Shown in pieces: positions 1 to 8,700 of a DNA stretch of 14,338 nt. Numbering within the stretch: the first letter of the stretch is position 1; each line of letters begins with the position of its first letter. The notes below the pieces were generated by a model. The model was not told where the DNA came from. It searched no databases and worked only from the letters and a program-made list of their open reading frames with translations. The position numbers and the translations under genes were made by a program. Origin of the DNA: Archangium sp. (GTDB lineage: Bacteria > Myxococcota > Myxococcia > Myxococcales > Myxococcaceae). The stretch is from contig JANLPS010000174.1 in assembly GCA_031367385.1 (NCBI GenBank), forward strand, positions 1-14,338, in the 5' to 3' direction.

Positions 1-27
1 AACGCAGGGCGTCACAGAACGTATCGA

Positions 28-123
28 GGCGTGGTTCGACAGGCTCACCATGAGGGGGACGGGGTCTCCGGATCTCGTGTGGGGCAAGAGACAGCTCTCA
101 TGGTGAGCTTGTCGAACCACGCC
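28..123. repeat. Palindromic REP-like element (long inverted repeat)
   Basis: Arms ggcgtggttcgacaggctcaccatgag (28-54) and ctcatggtgagcttgtcgaaccacgcc (97-123) are 27-bp reverse complements with one mismatch (G-U compatible). There is an inner stem gtctc (64-68)/gagac (88-92). The TGAGCTTGTCGAA core resembles a dispersed intergenic palindrome family I recognise from other bacterial genomes. Confidence 0.85.
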
Positions 124-128
124 ATCAA

Positions 129-158
129 TTGCTCGCTCCCAGGGCGCTGTGCTACGCC
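129..158 (+). promoter_or_regulatory. Possible sigma70-type promoter of the barrel/protease operon
   Basis: TTGCTC (129-134), an 18-nt spacer, then TG-n-TACGCC (150-158) as an extended -10-like element. The consensus match is weak; the position is plausible. Confidence 0.25.
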
Positions 159-249
159 GCACGCTTTCCGCGCCTGACGCGCGTCTCGAAATTCGAAAAT
201 GAATTCAATGCATTTCGCAGCACCCGCCGCCTCACGCAGGGGGTCGTTC

Positions 250-1404
250 GTGAACAGCTCGAAGCTGATTCTCGCCGCGATGCTGATCAGTGCCGCTGCG
301 TCGGCTGATCAGGCGATCTCGCCGCCGCCCGACCAACCGACGACTCCGGTCGTTGATTCCAACGCGGCGGCTGCGCCCGTCACCTCAACCAACGACACCA
401 CCGTCACCGCGCCCGCTCCTGCGCCGCAGAACGCGCTGGCCAACGCGGTTCAGGCGCGCACGCCCGAAGAGCAAGCGAACCAGACTGGCTTTCAAATCAT
501 CACCGCGCTCGACCACTGGTTGGGCGTCGGCACCTTCGTCGATTCGAAGAGCTACTCGTACCTCGCCGCCAACCTCACCGTGCAACCGCAGTTTCTCTTC
601 GGCGTCAAAGGCACCCGCCTCGCCGCCAGCGCGACCTTGCGCGGCACCTACGAATACACGCTGCCCGACAACGATACGGGTCGCCGCTTTTCACCTGGCG
701 ATGTGCGCCTCGGTCTCGCCGCTCCGGCGCTCTTTCGCGACAAGGCCCTCACCGGCATCTCGGTCACTCCGTCGATGGGCCTGACCATACCCACCTCGCT
801 GGAGAGCTGGAACGCGGGGCTCATCACCAGCCTCTCGCTCAGCGCCGCGGCGACCCGTTCGTTCACCACGCCCATCGGCGGCTTCGACCTTCGCCTCTCA
901 GTCGGCGGCTCGCGCGGCTTCTTCTCAAGCTCGGTCAACTCAATCAAGGCCAACACCGGCCGTGACGTCTACGGCAACCTGTTGGTGGTCTGCCGCACGG
1001 GCGAGGCCAGCTGCGCCTCAGCGGGTCAGAACACCGCCTGGTCCGCCAACGTCGCGGGCCAGGTCAACTGGCGCGTCAACGGCGAGGTCATCGTCTACGT
1101 GGGCTACACCTTCATCAAGACCTGGCGCGAAGCGACGACGGCGAGCCTCGACGACAGCTCGCCCAAGGCGCTCGACTCGAACGGCAACCCGGTGGCTCGC
1201 AGCGGCTACGGTCAAGCTGACCGAACGTCGGGCTTTTTCGGCGGCTCGTATCAACTCAACGAGCACTACTCACTCGACCTGGGTATTGCGACTGCCCAAA
1301 CGCCCCTCACCGCGACTGGCCAAGTGCGCTTCCCCTTCTTCTCTTTCGGCACGCTCGCCGACAACTCGACGACTGCGTACTTCACGCTGACGGCGGCCTA
1401 CTGA
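250..1404 (+). CDS. Secreted protein, predicted outer-membrane beta-barrel (~12 strands) with N-terminal Pro/Thr/Ala-rich linker
   Basis: ORF 199..1404. The preferred start is GTG 250, preceded by AGGGGG (238-243), which gives a Sec signal (MNSSKLILAAMLISAAASA|DQ). A low-complexity P/T/A segment follows, then about 12 amphipathic alternating segments (e.g. YLAANLTVQPQFLF, WSANVAGQVNWRV, VIVYVGYTFIKTW). The C-terminal strand TTAYFTLTAAY ends in an aromatic residue, like a BAM beta-signal. Confidence 0.75.
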   Translation: MNSSKLILAAMLISAAASADQAISPPPDQPTTPVVDSNAAAAPVTSTNDTTVTAPAPAPQNALANAVQARTPEEQANQTGFQIITALDHWLGVGTFVDSKSYSYLAANLTVQPQFLFGVKGTRLAASATLRGTYEYTLPDNDTGRRFSPGDVRLGLAAPALFRDKALTGISVTPSMGLTIPTSLESWNAGLITSLSLSAAATRSFTTPIGGFDLRLSVGGSRGFFSSSVNSIKANTGRDVYGNLLVVCRTGEASCASAGQNTAWSANVAGQVNWRVNGEVIVYVGYTFIKTWREATTASLDDSSPKALDSNGNPVARSGYGQADRTSGFFGGSYQLNEHYSLDLGIATAQTPLTATGQVRFPFFSFGTLADNSTTAYFTLTAAY

Positions 1405-1438
1405 CATGAACTCCCGTTTTCAAACGCCCGGAGCCTCG

Positions 1439-4400
1439 ATGCTGAAACGTTCTCTTCTTGCCGCAGCGCTGTTCGTCACCGCTTGCGCGCAAAGCAACGG
1501 CGACATCAACCGAGTGCTGCCCAACGTGGTGCGAAAGACCGACCTGCTCGACGGGCAGTGGTTCTTTCGAAACTCGGTGTCGTACACGCCCTTCAACACG
1601 CAATTCACCTTCCCCGGGCAGACCGGGTCGATGGAGAAGCTGGTCTTCGAAGCGCAAGAGACCCTGCTTGTCGGCTACCGCAGCTACCCGTACACGCTGG
1701 GCGCCGAGGCGAACGTCGACCCCACCTCGACCGTCTCGCACACCACCGCGAAGTACTGCGACCCCACCGGCAAGTGCACCAGCAGCACGTATTACGGCTC
1801 GCCGGTCGTCGCTTTTCCCATTCTGTCGCACTTCGACATTCAGCGCGGCTACAGCACCGCGACCGGCGAGCAGACCAACGTCATCTCCGAGAACACCACC
1901 GACCGCCCGTGGAACGAGCGCGAATACATGCGCGTGAACTGGGCCTCGAACGTGCTCAACCTGGGCTCGGGCGTGAACTGGGGCACCGTGCAGAACGCCG
2001 GTGGCAAGTCGAGCACCTCGAACTGGATTCAGCCCAACGAGAAGGGCGAAGACCCCTACGATTGGCCGAGCTTCGAGTACGACAAGGCGAAGAAGCTCAA
2101 GTACTTCGACATTACCGCTCGCTACACTGCGGTGCCCGACACCACCTACATCAACGGCTACGGCAGCGTGCCCAAGTGCTACTTCAACTCGGGCATCTAC
2201 GACTGCACCTCGGCTGAGATCAAGGTTCGCACGTCGATCTCGAAGATCGACCCGGTCTGGGCGCAAGACTACGAGCCGATGGTCTACAGCAACGAGCTGA
2301 TGTCGCTCTTCGGGTACTTTCGAACCGAGCGCCTCAATTGGGACAAGAAGTTCGGCCTGATCGACTCGGCGGTGATTCGCCTCGCGAACCGCCACCGCCT
2401 GTGGAAGCAGTCGTACCAGAAAGACGCCGACGGTCACCCGCTGCCGAACCAGCCCATCGCCGCAGCAGACCGCGAGGTGCAGCCGATCGTCTATTACTTC
2501 ACCCGCGCTGACCGCATGGGCGGCCAAGAGCGCTACGACGAGTTCATGGCGCCCGCGCGCGCGGTGCTCGAGCCCGAGTACAACACCGCCTTTCGCAAGG
2601 CCGTCGCCGCCGCCAAGGGTGACACCACCCCCGATGGGTACCGCAACGTCGGCAACGTCTTCGTGCTCTGCGACAACCCGGTCGCCAAGGGCAACGACCC
2701 GGCCTGCGGGGAGATCGGGTTCTCTCCCAAGTTCGGAGACCTTCGCTACAGCTTCATCAACACCGTCGCCGAGCCGGTCGCCAACGGCCTGCTGGGCTAC
2801 GGCCCGTCGTCTCCCGACCCGGAGACCGGCCAAATCGTCTCGGGCAACTCGAACACGTATCTCTGGGGCGTCGACCTCGACGGCCGCCGGGTGACCGATT
2901 GGGTTTTGTTGCTCCAGGGCGAGAAGCCCGTCAACGACTACATCTCGGGCAGCTCGGTGCAAAACTTCATCAAGAACAACCCGGTCTACAACATCAACGG
3001 CATCGCCAAGCAGAACGCGACCGCGGCGTTGCAGTCTGAGCTGCAGGGCACTCCCACCAAGGGCGTCTCGGTCGGCGCGTTCGACCGGCCGACGCAGCGC
3101 ATGGCCCAGCTGCGAGATCAGCTCGACGCGCGCAAGGGGCTGCCGGTCGCGAGCCGCAACGAGATGCAGGCCGCCGCTGATCAGCTCGCCGCCAACCCGT
3201 CGCTCGAGTCGACCGTGCTCGACAACCCCGACGTGCAAGCCGACCTCGCGAACCTGTTGCCCGAGTTCGCGCAGGAGCAGGCCAAGACCAACCCCGACTT
3301 CATGCGCAGCATGTCGCGCTCGGTGCTGGCCAACATTCAGGCTTCTGAAGAATGGAAGAAGGCGCGTCTTCAGTGGCTGTCGAAGAACAACATCTCGATG
3401 AACGAGTTCTACGACCGCACCCTGCTCGGCGTGGCCAACGAGAAGATCGGCTACCGCAACCGCCGCGTCAAAGAGCTCACTACCGCAGGCAATGCGAGCT
3501 GCGCGAATCAAGCGGCCTGCACCACCGTCGAAGCCAAGGCCCTCGCCGATGGCGAAATCGCCAAGCAGGTTCGCCAGAGCGTCTGGCTCGCCACGACCCT
3601 GCACGAGCTGGGTCACACCTTGAACCTGCGCCACAACTTTCAAGGCTCGTTCGACTCGCTCAATTACAACGACAAGTACTGGCCGCTGCGCAAACAGACC
3701 ATCACGGTCGGCCAGCAGGTCGGCGGCGTCACCGAGCAGCGGTTGCCGCGCACGCCCACCGATTTGCGCACCTCGTTCGAGCTCAACGGCGAGCAGATCG
3801 CCGGAGCGATGACCAACTACGAGTACTCCTCGATCATGGACTACTCGGGCAAGATCTACGGCGACTGGGCCGGCATCGGCAAATACGACGTCGCGGCGAT
3901 CATGTTCGCGTACTCGGGCACCTCGGCCCCCGGCGGCACCGGCATCGCCACGCCTGGCTACGTCGAGGTCTTCAACTCGGCTCGCACCGAGAGCAAGTCG
4001 TTCACCGGTACTGACAGCGCGTCGTTGACGAACAGCGGCGCGGCCTCAGACCTGCCGTTGGTGAACGCCAGCCATTTGAACCCCAACGTGCCCAACTACA
4101 CCGAGCGCTACCACTACACGCTCGCCCCGCTGCACTTTGGTCAGGGCAACACCGTCACCGAGGTGCTCAACGACGGCGTGAACAAGATCAAAGACCGCAA
4201 GTGGGTTCGCTACAGCGAGGTCAAGAAAGACGAAGACAAGGTCGCTGCGTTGTTGGCGGCCGACCCCTCGCTGGCCACCGACCCCGATCGCGCCAGCGGC
4301 CTGTTCGGCACCGTCGCGCTGCGCGTGCCCTACATGTTCTGCTCTGACGAGTCGGCCGACGGCCCGGTGTTGTCATGCAACCGCTTCGACCGAGGCCCCG

Positions 4401-5767
4401 ACTACTTCGAGATGGGCCGCACCAAGCTCGAAGACTATTGGAACTACTACCTCGACTCGCACTTTCGAAAAGATGCGATCAACTTCAACGGCAACCGCGC
4501 GCTCAACTCGGCGTACGGCACGTTCTCGTTCATGGCGACCTCGTACAAGCACTGGGTCTACCAATTTTACAAGACCAGCTCGCGCAACCAAGAACAGGTG
4601 GCCCGCTACCCGATCGACCCCACGCTCCAAGACACGTGGACGATGTCGGTGCTCGACGGCATCAACCAGCACCTCAACGTCTTCTCGGTGCCGCCCTTCG
4701 GCCTCTTCATGTACCGCAACCTGCGCTCAGGCCCCCGGTGGGACGTCATCTCAGAGGGTGACGACTACGACGTGCTCAACGCGACCGGTAAGAAGAAGCT
4801 CGAAGACCTCTACACCTCGCAGCTCGGAGGCCAAGACTACGTTGAGCTGCCTCGCGGCCTCGGGCGTCGCATGTACAGCCGCTACGACTTCAAGTCGGGC
4901 TTCGGGTTCTGGAACCGCATGTCAGAGGCCGGTCACTACAATGACCAGCTGGGCGCGATGTTCGCGGCCGTCATACCCGACACTGACTTTCAGGGCGTCG
5001 ACATCACCGCCGACCAGAACCGCTACAACATCCCCTATTACCTGGTGTTTCGTGACGAGCTGACTCGCACGTTCGGCGCCCTGTGGGCCAACGACGAAGA
5101 AAAAGTGCGACCGGTGCTCTACCGCACGTACGACGAGGCGAACCGGCTGAGCGACACGCCGACCTTGTTCAACCGGGTGCCGGTCAACGGCAGCGACCTC
5201 TTCGCCGGGTTCAACTACCCGACCAGAGAGCTGCAGAAGTGCACTGGCAACCTCAAGTGGCCCAAGTGCTTCAACGCCGAGCAGAACGCCGCCCCCGCCA
5301 ACATTCAAATGACGTGGACCAGCCGGCTCTATGCGCTCTACCTGGGGCTCGCGCTCTTCCGCACCAACTACGACCTCGACTACGCCAAGGCGAACCAGCT
5401 CTACCGCCTGGGCGGCAGCGAAGACTTCAGCGTCGCCCCTGGGTTCGAGACGGTCGAGGTCGCCGACGTGACCACCGGCTCACGGTACGTCGCGATTCAA
5501 AAAGTCGGCGCACCCGCCAACAGCACGGCGGCGGTACGCATGATCAACATCGCCAAAGACTACCTGGTGATGGTCAACGACCCGACCACCAACCCGCTGC
5601 CCGACTTCGTGTTCTTGCGCGGCTACCAGCCGATGCCCGCCTCGCAAGCCAACAACCCTGCCTTGGTCGAAGACCGCCGCCGCTTTTGGACTGAGATCTT
5701 CAGAAATCAAATTCGAGACCTCGACCTCCAGCGCGGCATGTTTCAGGCGTTCGGGAAGGCGTTCTAA
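1439..5767 (+). CDS. Large lipoprotein, zinc-dependent metalloprotease (metzincin; DUF4953/EcxA-like catalytic region), paralog 1
   Basis: ORF 1406..5767. ATG 1439 has GGAG at 1430-1433 and is preferred; 1406 is an alternative start. Lipobox FVTA|C (Cys codon 1484-1486), GPSSPDPETG motif, HELGHTLNLRH (3602-3634), Met-turn SSIMDY (Met 3836-3838), and a YMFCSD...CNRFD motif. Confidence 0.9.
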   Translation: MLKRSLLAAALFVTACAQSNGDINRVLPNVVRKTDLLDGQWFFRNSVSYTPFNTQFTFPGQTGSMEKLVFEAQETLLVGYRSYPYTLGAEANVDPTSTVSHTTAKYCDPTGKCTSSTYYGSPVVAFPILSHFDIQRGYSTATGEQTNVISENTTDRPWNEREYMRVNWASNVLNLGSGVNWGTVQNAGGKSSTSNWIQPNEKGEDPYDWPSFEYDKAKKLKYFDITARYTAVPDTTYINGYGSVPKCYFNSGIYDCTSAEIKVRTSISKIDPVWAQDYEPMVYSNELMSLFGYFRTERLNWDKKFGLIDSAVIRLANRHRLWKQSYQKDADGHPLPNQPIAAADREVQPIVYYFTRADRMGGQERYDEFMAPARAVLEPEYNTAFRKAVAAAKGDTTPDGYRNVGNVFVLCDNPVAKGNDPACGEIGFSPKFGDLRYSFINTVAEPVANGLLGYGPSSPDPETGQIVSGNSNTYLWGVDLDGRRVTDWVLLLQGEKPVNDYISGSSVQNFIKNNPVYNINGIAKQNATAALQSELQGTPTKGVSVGAFDRPTQRMAQLRDQLDARKGLPVASRNEMQAAADQLAANPSLESTVLDNPDVQADLANLLPEFAQEQAKTNPDFMRSMSRSVLANIQASEEWKKARLQWLSKNNISMNEFYDRTLLGVANEKIGYRNRRVKELTTAGNASCANQAACTTVEAKALADGEIAKQVRQSVWLATTLHELGHTLNLRHNFQGSFDSLNYNDKYWPLRKQTITVGQQVGGVTEQRLPRTPTDLRTSFELNGEQIAGAMTNYEYSSIMDYSGKIYGDWAGIGKYDVAAIMFAYSGTSAPGGTGIATPGYVEVFNSARTESKSFTGTDSASLTNSGAASDLPLVNASHLNPNVPNYTERYHYTLAPLHFGQGNTVTEVLNDGVNKIKDRKWVRYSEVKKDEDKVAALLAADPSLATDPDRASGLFGTVALRVPYMFCSDESADGPVLSCNRFDRGPDYFEMGRTKLEDYWNYYLDSHFRKDAINFNGNRALNSAYGTFSFMATSYKHWVYQFYKTSSRNQEQVARYPIDPTLQDTWTMSVLDGINQHLNVFSVPPFGLFMYRNLRSGPRWDVISEGDDYDVLNATGKKKLEDLYTSQLGGQDYVELPRGLGRRMYSRYDFKSGFGFWNRMSEAGHYNDQLGAMFAAVIPDTDFQGVDITADQNRYNIPYYLVFRDELTRTFGALWANDEEKVRPVLYRTYDEANRLSDTPTLFNRVPVNGSDLFAGFNYPTRELQKCTGNLKWPKCFNAEQNAAPANIQMTWTSRLYALYLGLALFRTNYDLDYAKANQLYRLGGSEDFSVAPGFETVEVADVTTGSRYVAIQKVGAPANSTAAVRMINIAKDYLVMVNDPTTNPLPDFVFLRGYQPMPASQANNPALVEDRRRFWTEIFRNQIRDLDLQRGMFQAFGKAF

Positions 5768-5769
5768 CC

Positions 5770-8700
5770 ATGACCACTTTGCTCAACTCGAAAGTTGCTC
5801 CGATGACTGCCTCGTTCTCGAAGCTGACGGTGGCCTGCGCGGCGATGGTGTTGGTGGCCTGTGGCCAGCCGGCGATCATCGACCGCACCCAGCCCAACTA
5901 CATCAAGAAGTCTGACCTCACCTCGGGTACTTGGTACATCCACGAGAGCGTGGTCGACGCGCCCAAGACGCTCACCGGCGCGACGGTCATCGGCTCGTCG
6001 AGCGAGATGGAGAAGATTCGCTGGGAAATTCAAGAGGACATGCTCGTCGCGTACCGCTCGTACGAGGTCGTGGCCGGCGCTGACCCCCGGGTCGACCGCG
6101 CGAAGTCGTCGATCGGTCACGTGGTTACGCAAGACGGCAAACCCTACAAGGGCAACCCGGTGTACGCGTACAAGATCACCAGCCACTTCGACCGGCAGCG
6201 CCAGTACAACGCCTCAACCGGAGAGCAGAGCAACGTGCTGCTCGAAGATACCGCCGACCGCCCGTGGAATGAGCGGGAGTACATACGGGTCAACTGGGGC
6301 AGCTCGCTCATTCGCAACGAGTCTGCGTGCAACGGCCCGTACGATCACGGCAAGTGCTTGCACGGCCTCGTGCTGCCACACTTCATCAGCAGCGAAGACG
6401 CCAGGGCCGAAGACTCGGCGCCGACTTTCGAGCGCGACTCATCGGGCGCGCTGACGTACTTCGACTTCACCTCGCAGCTGCTCACCGAGCCGCCGAGCAT
6501 CTACTACCCGGGCTACGGCCGCCTGCCGTACTGCTTGTTCAACCCCCAGGTCGACTGCGAGACCGCCAACATCAAGGTGCGTACTTCGGTCATGAAGGTC
6601 GATGAGGCCCACGTCACTGACTACGAGCCCCTGGTCTACGGCGAAAAATTGATGAAGAAGTTCGGGTTCTTTCGCAACGAGACCTACGCCTACAACCGCG
6701 ACTACTACTACACCGAGTCGGGTCGGCAGCTCTTCGCGATGCGCCACGACATCTGGAAGCAGAGCAAAGAGCCGATGGTCGACGCCAACGGCAACCAGGT
6801 GGTCGACGCGGTCACCGGGTATCAGAAGCTGCAGACCATTCCCGTCAGCAAGCGGGCGCTCAAGCCCGTCGTCTACTACATGACCGAGAACACCCCTCGC
6901 AGCCTCTGGGGCGCGGCCACCATGCGCCACGCGCAGGCCGATGGGTTCAACCCGAAAGACACCATCGAAGCCAGCTGGGACCACTCATTTCGCCGCACCG
7001 TCGCGGTGCCGCGGGGCCTCGAGGCCAACGACATTCCTCAGATGTTCTACATCTGCGAGTCACCGGTGCCTGCTGGTGCGCCCGAGGCCTGCGGCAAGCC
7101 GGGTACCTACGCGCGCATCGGAGACCTCCGGTACAACATCATCCCCTACGTTGAGCAGAACGCGGGCGGGTTGCTCGGCCTGGGCCCCTCAGCGATGGAC
7201 CCCGAGACCGGCGAAGTGGTGCACGCGGCGGCGAACGTCTACGGCCTCGGCATCGACACCTGGTCGGGCGGCTCGCAGCAGATCATCGACGTCGTCAACG
7301 GCGACCTGTCGATCGAAAAGCTGGTCACCGGCCAAGATCAGAAGGACTACGTGTTCTCGAACTTGAACGCGACCGACGCGCGGCGCCCCTTGAGCGGGCC
7401 CTGGCAGTCGCAGCAAGGGCTGACCGCTGACCCGACCAAGCCGACCTCGACCTTCATGAAGACCAGCGGTCACCTCGCCGACCTGATGGCGGTGTGGAAA
7501 TCGCAAGGCAGCATGCCGGTGCAGAAGCAGAACCGTCGCGCGGTGGTCGAGCAGTTGCTCGCCAAGAACCCGGCGCTCGAGAATGAGCTCATCAACCTGC
7601 CTGAGGTGAAGCTCGGCCTCGACTCACTGGTGACCGACTCGGCCTTCAAGGCGAAGCTGAGCGGAGACCCGGCGTTCATGCACCAGGTCGCCCGCAACAT
7701 GCTGCTGGGCATCGACCCCATCGAAGACGCGCGTTCGCGCGCCAAGAACACGCCCGACCCGACCGTGGGCTGCCTGTTCGAGGCCTCGTACGACGACCCC
7801 GATTACGTCGGCCTCGCCAAGCGCAAGAAGAAGCTCTACGGCGAGCTCGTCACCAAGCTGGGCACCAGCGGCAACGCCAGCTGCGCGAACCAGTCGAGCT
7901 GCACTCCCGACGAGGCCGCCACCCTGGCCCGCACCGGAGTGTGGGACTCGCTGCGCCGCGAAGCCTACCGTTCGGTCACCACCCATGAAATCGGCCACAC
8001 CCTGGGCCTGATGCACAACTTCATCGGCTCGGCTGACGCCCTGAACTACCAAGACGGCTACTGGGACCTTCGCAAAGACACCATCGGCGTGCAGGTCGGC
8101 GGCAAGCGCGTGTTGGCGGTGACTCCGCAGAACATGCTCGACGCGACCAAGCCCAACCAGCGGCAGCTCGACAACGACATGTACGAGTACACCTACTCGA
8201 CGATCATGGACTACGGCGCCCGGGTCAACTCGACCAACATGGGCACCGGCAAGTACGACGACGCGGCGATTCTCTTCGCCTACTCGGGCGGCTTCGAGCC
8301 CGGCTGGGTCGAGGTCTTCAACCAGATGCGCACCGACTACGATCAGCCGAACATCTCGGTACCGGTCGACAACCAGGCCAAGGTGTTCACCGTTCGCGGC
8401 GCGCACGTCGAGATACCGGTGGCGATTGCCGAGCACTACACGCCGGTCTCGAGCCTTTACACCGACAAGTACCACTACTCGACGCTGCCCTTTCACTTCG
8501 CCGACCAGAGCGCCTCGTTCGAGACGATGCTCGACCAGGGCATCGCGCGCATGAACAGCCGCTCGTTTCGCCGCTGGAGCGAGATGAGCGCGCATTACGC
8601 CCGCCTCGAAGTGGCCCTCAAAGACTTCAACTTGAGCCAGGCCGGCTTGCAGCAGTCTGACTACGTGCGAGCGCGCGACATCATCAACATGGCGGGCGGG

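Noticed and set aside
28..123. CRISPR array or IS terminal inverted repeats
   Set aside because: Only one inverted pair, with no direct repeat-spacer periodicity, no cas or transposase gene in the window and no evident target-site duplication.
199..249. ATG 199/208 as start of the barrel gene
   Set aside because: Gives an atypically long signal n-region with no SD. GTG 250 has an SD-like AGGGGG and a canonical signal peptide. Not fully excluded.
3602..3634. Asn instead of Gly in the paralog 1 zinc motif (HELGHTLNLRH) as a sign of inactivation
   Set aside because: Asn is tolerated at this position in active metzincins (e.g. ulilysin, ADAMTS1). The catalytic Glu, three His and the Met-turn are intact.
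1382..3643. 753-aa ORF on the minus strand
   Set aside because: Antisense shadow of protease paralog 1. High-GC codon bias removes stops on the opposite strand, and the V/G/R/L-rich translation has no motifs.
5750..5767. C-terminal Phe of paralog 1 as an autotransporter or beta-barrel signal
   Set aside because: The preceding sequence has helical, not alternating beta, periodicity, and the paralog ends in Leu.
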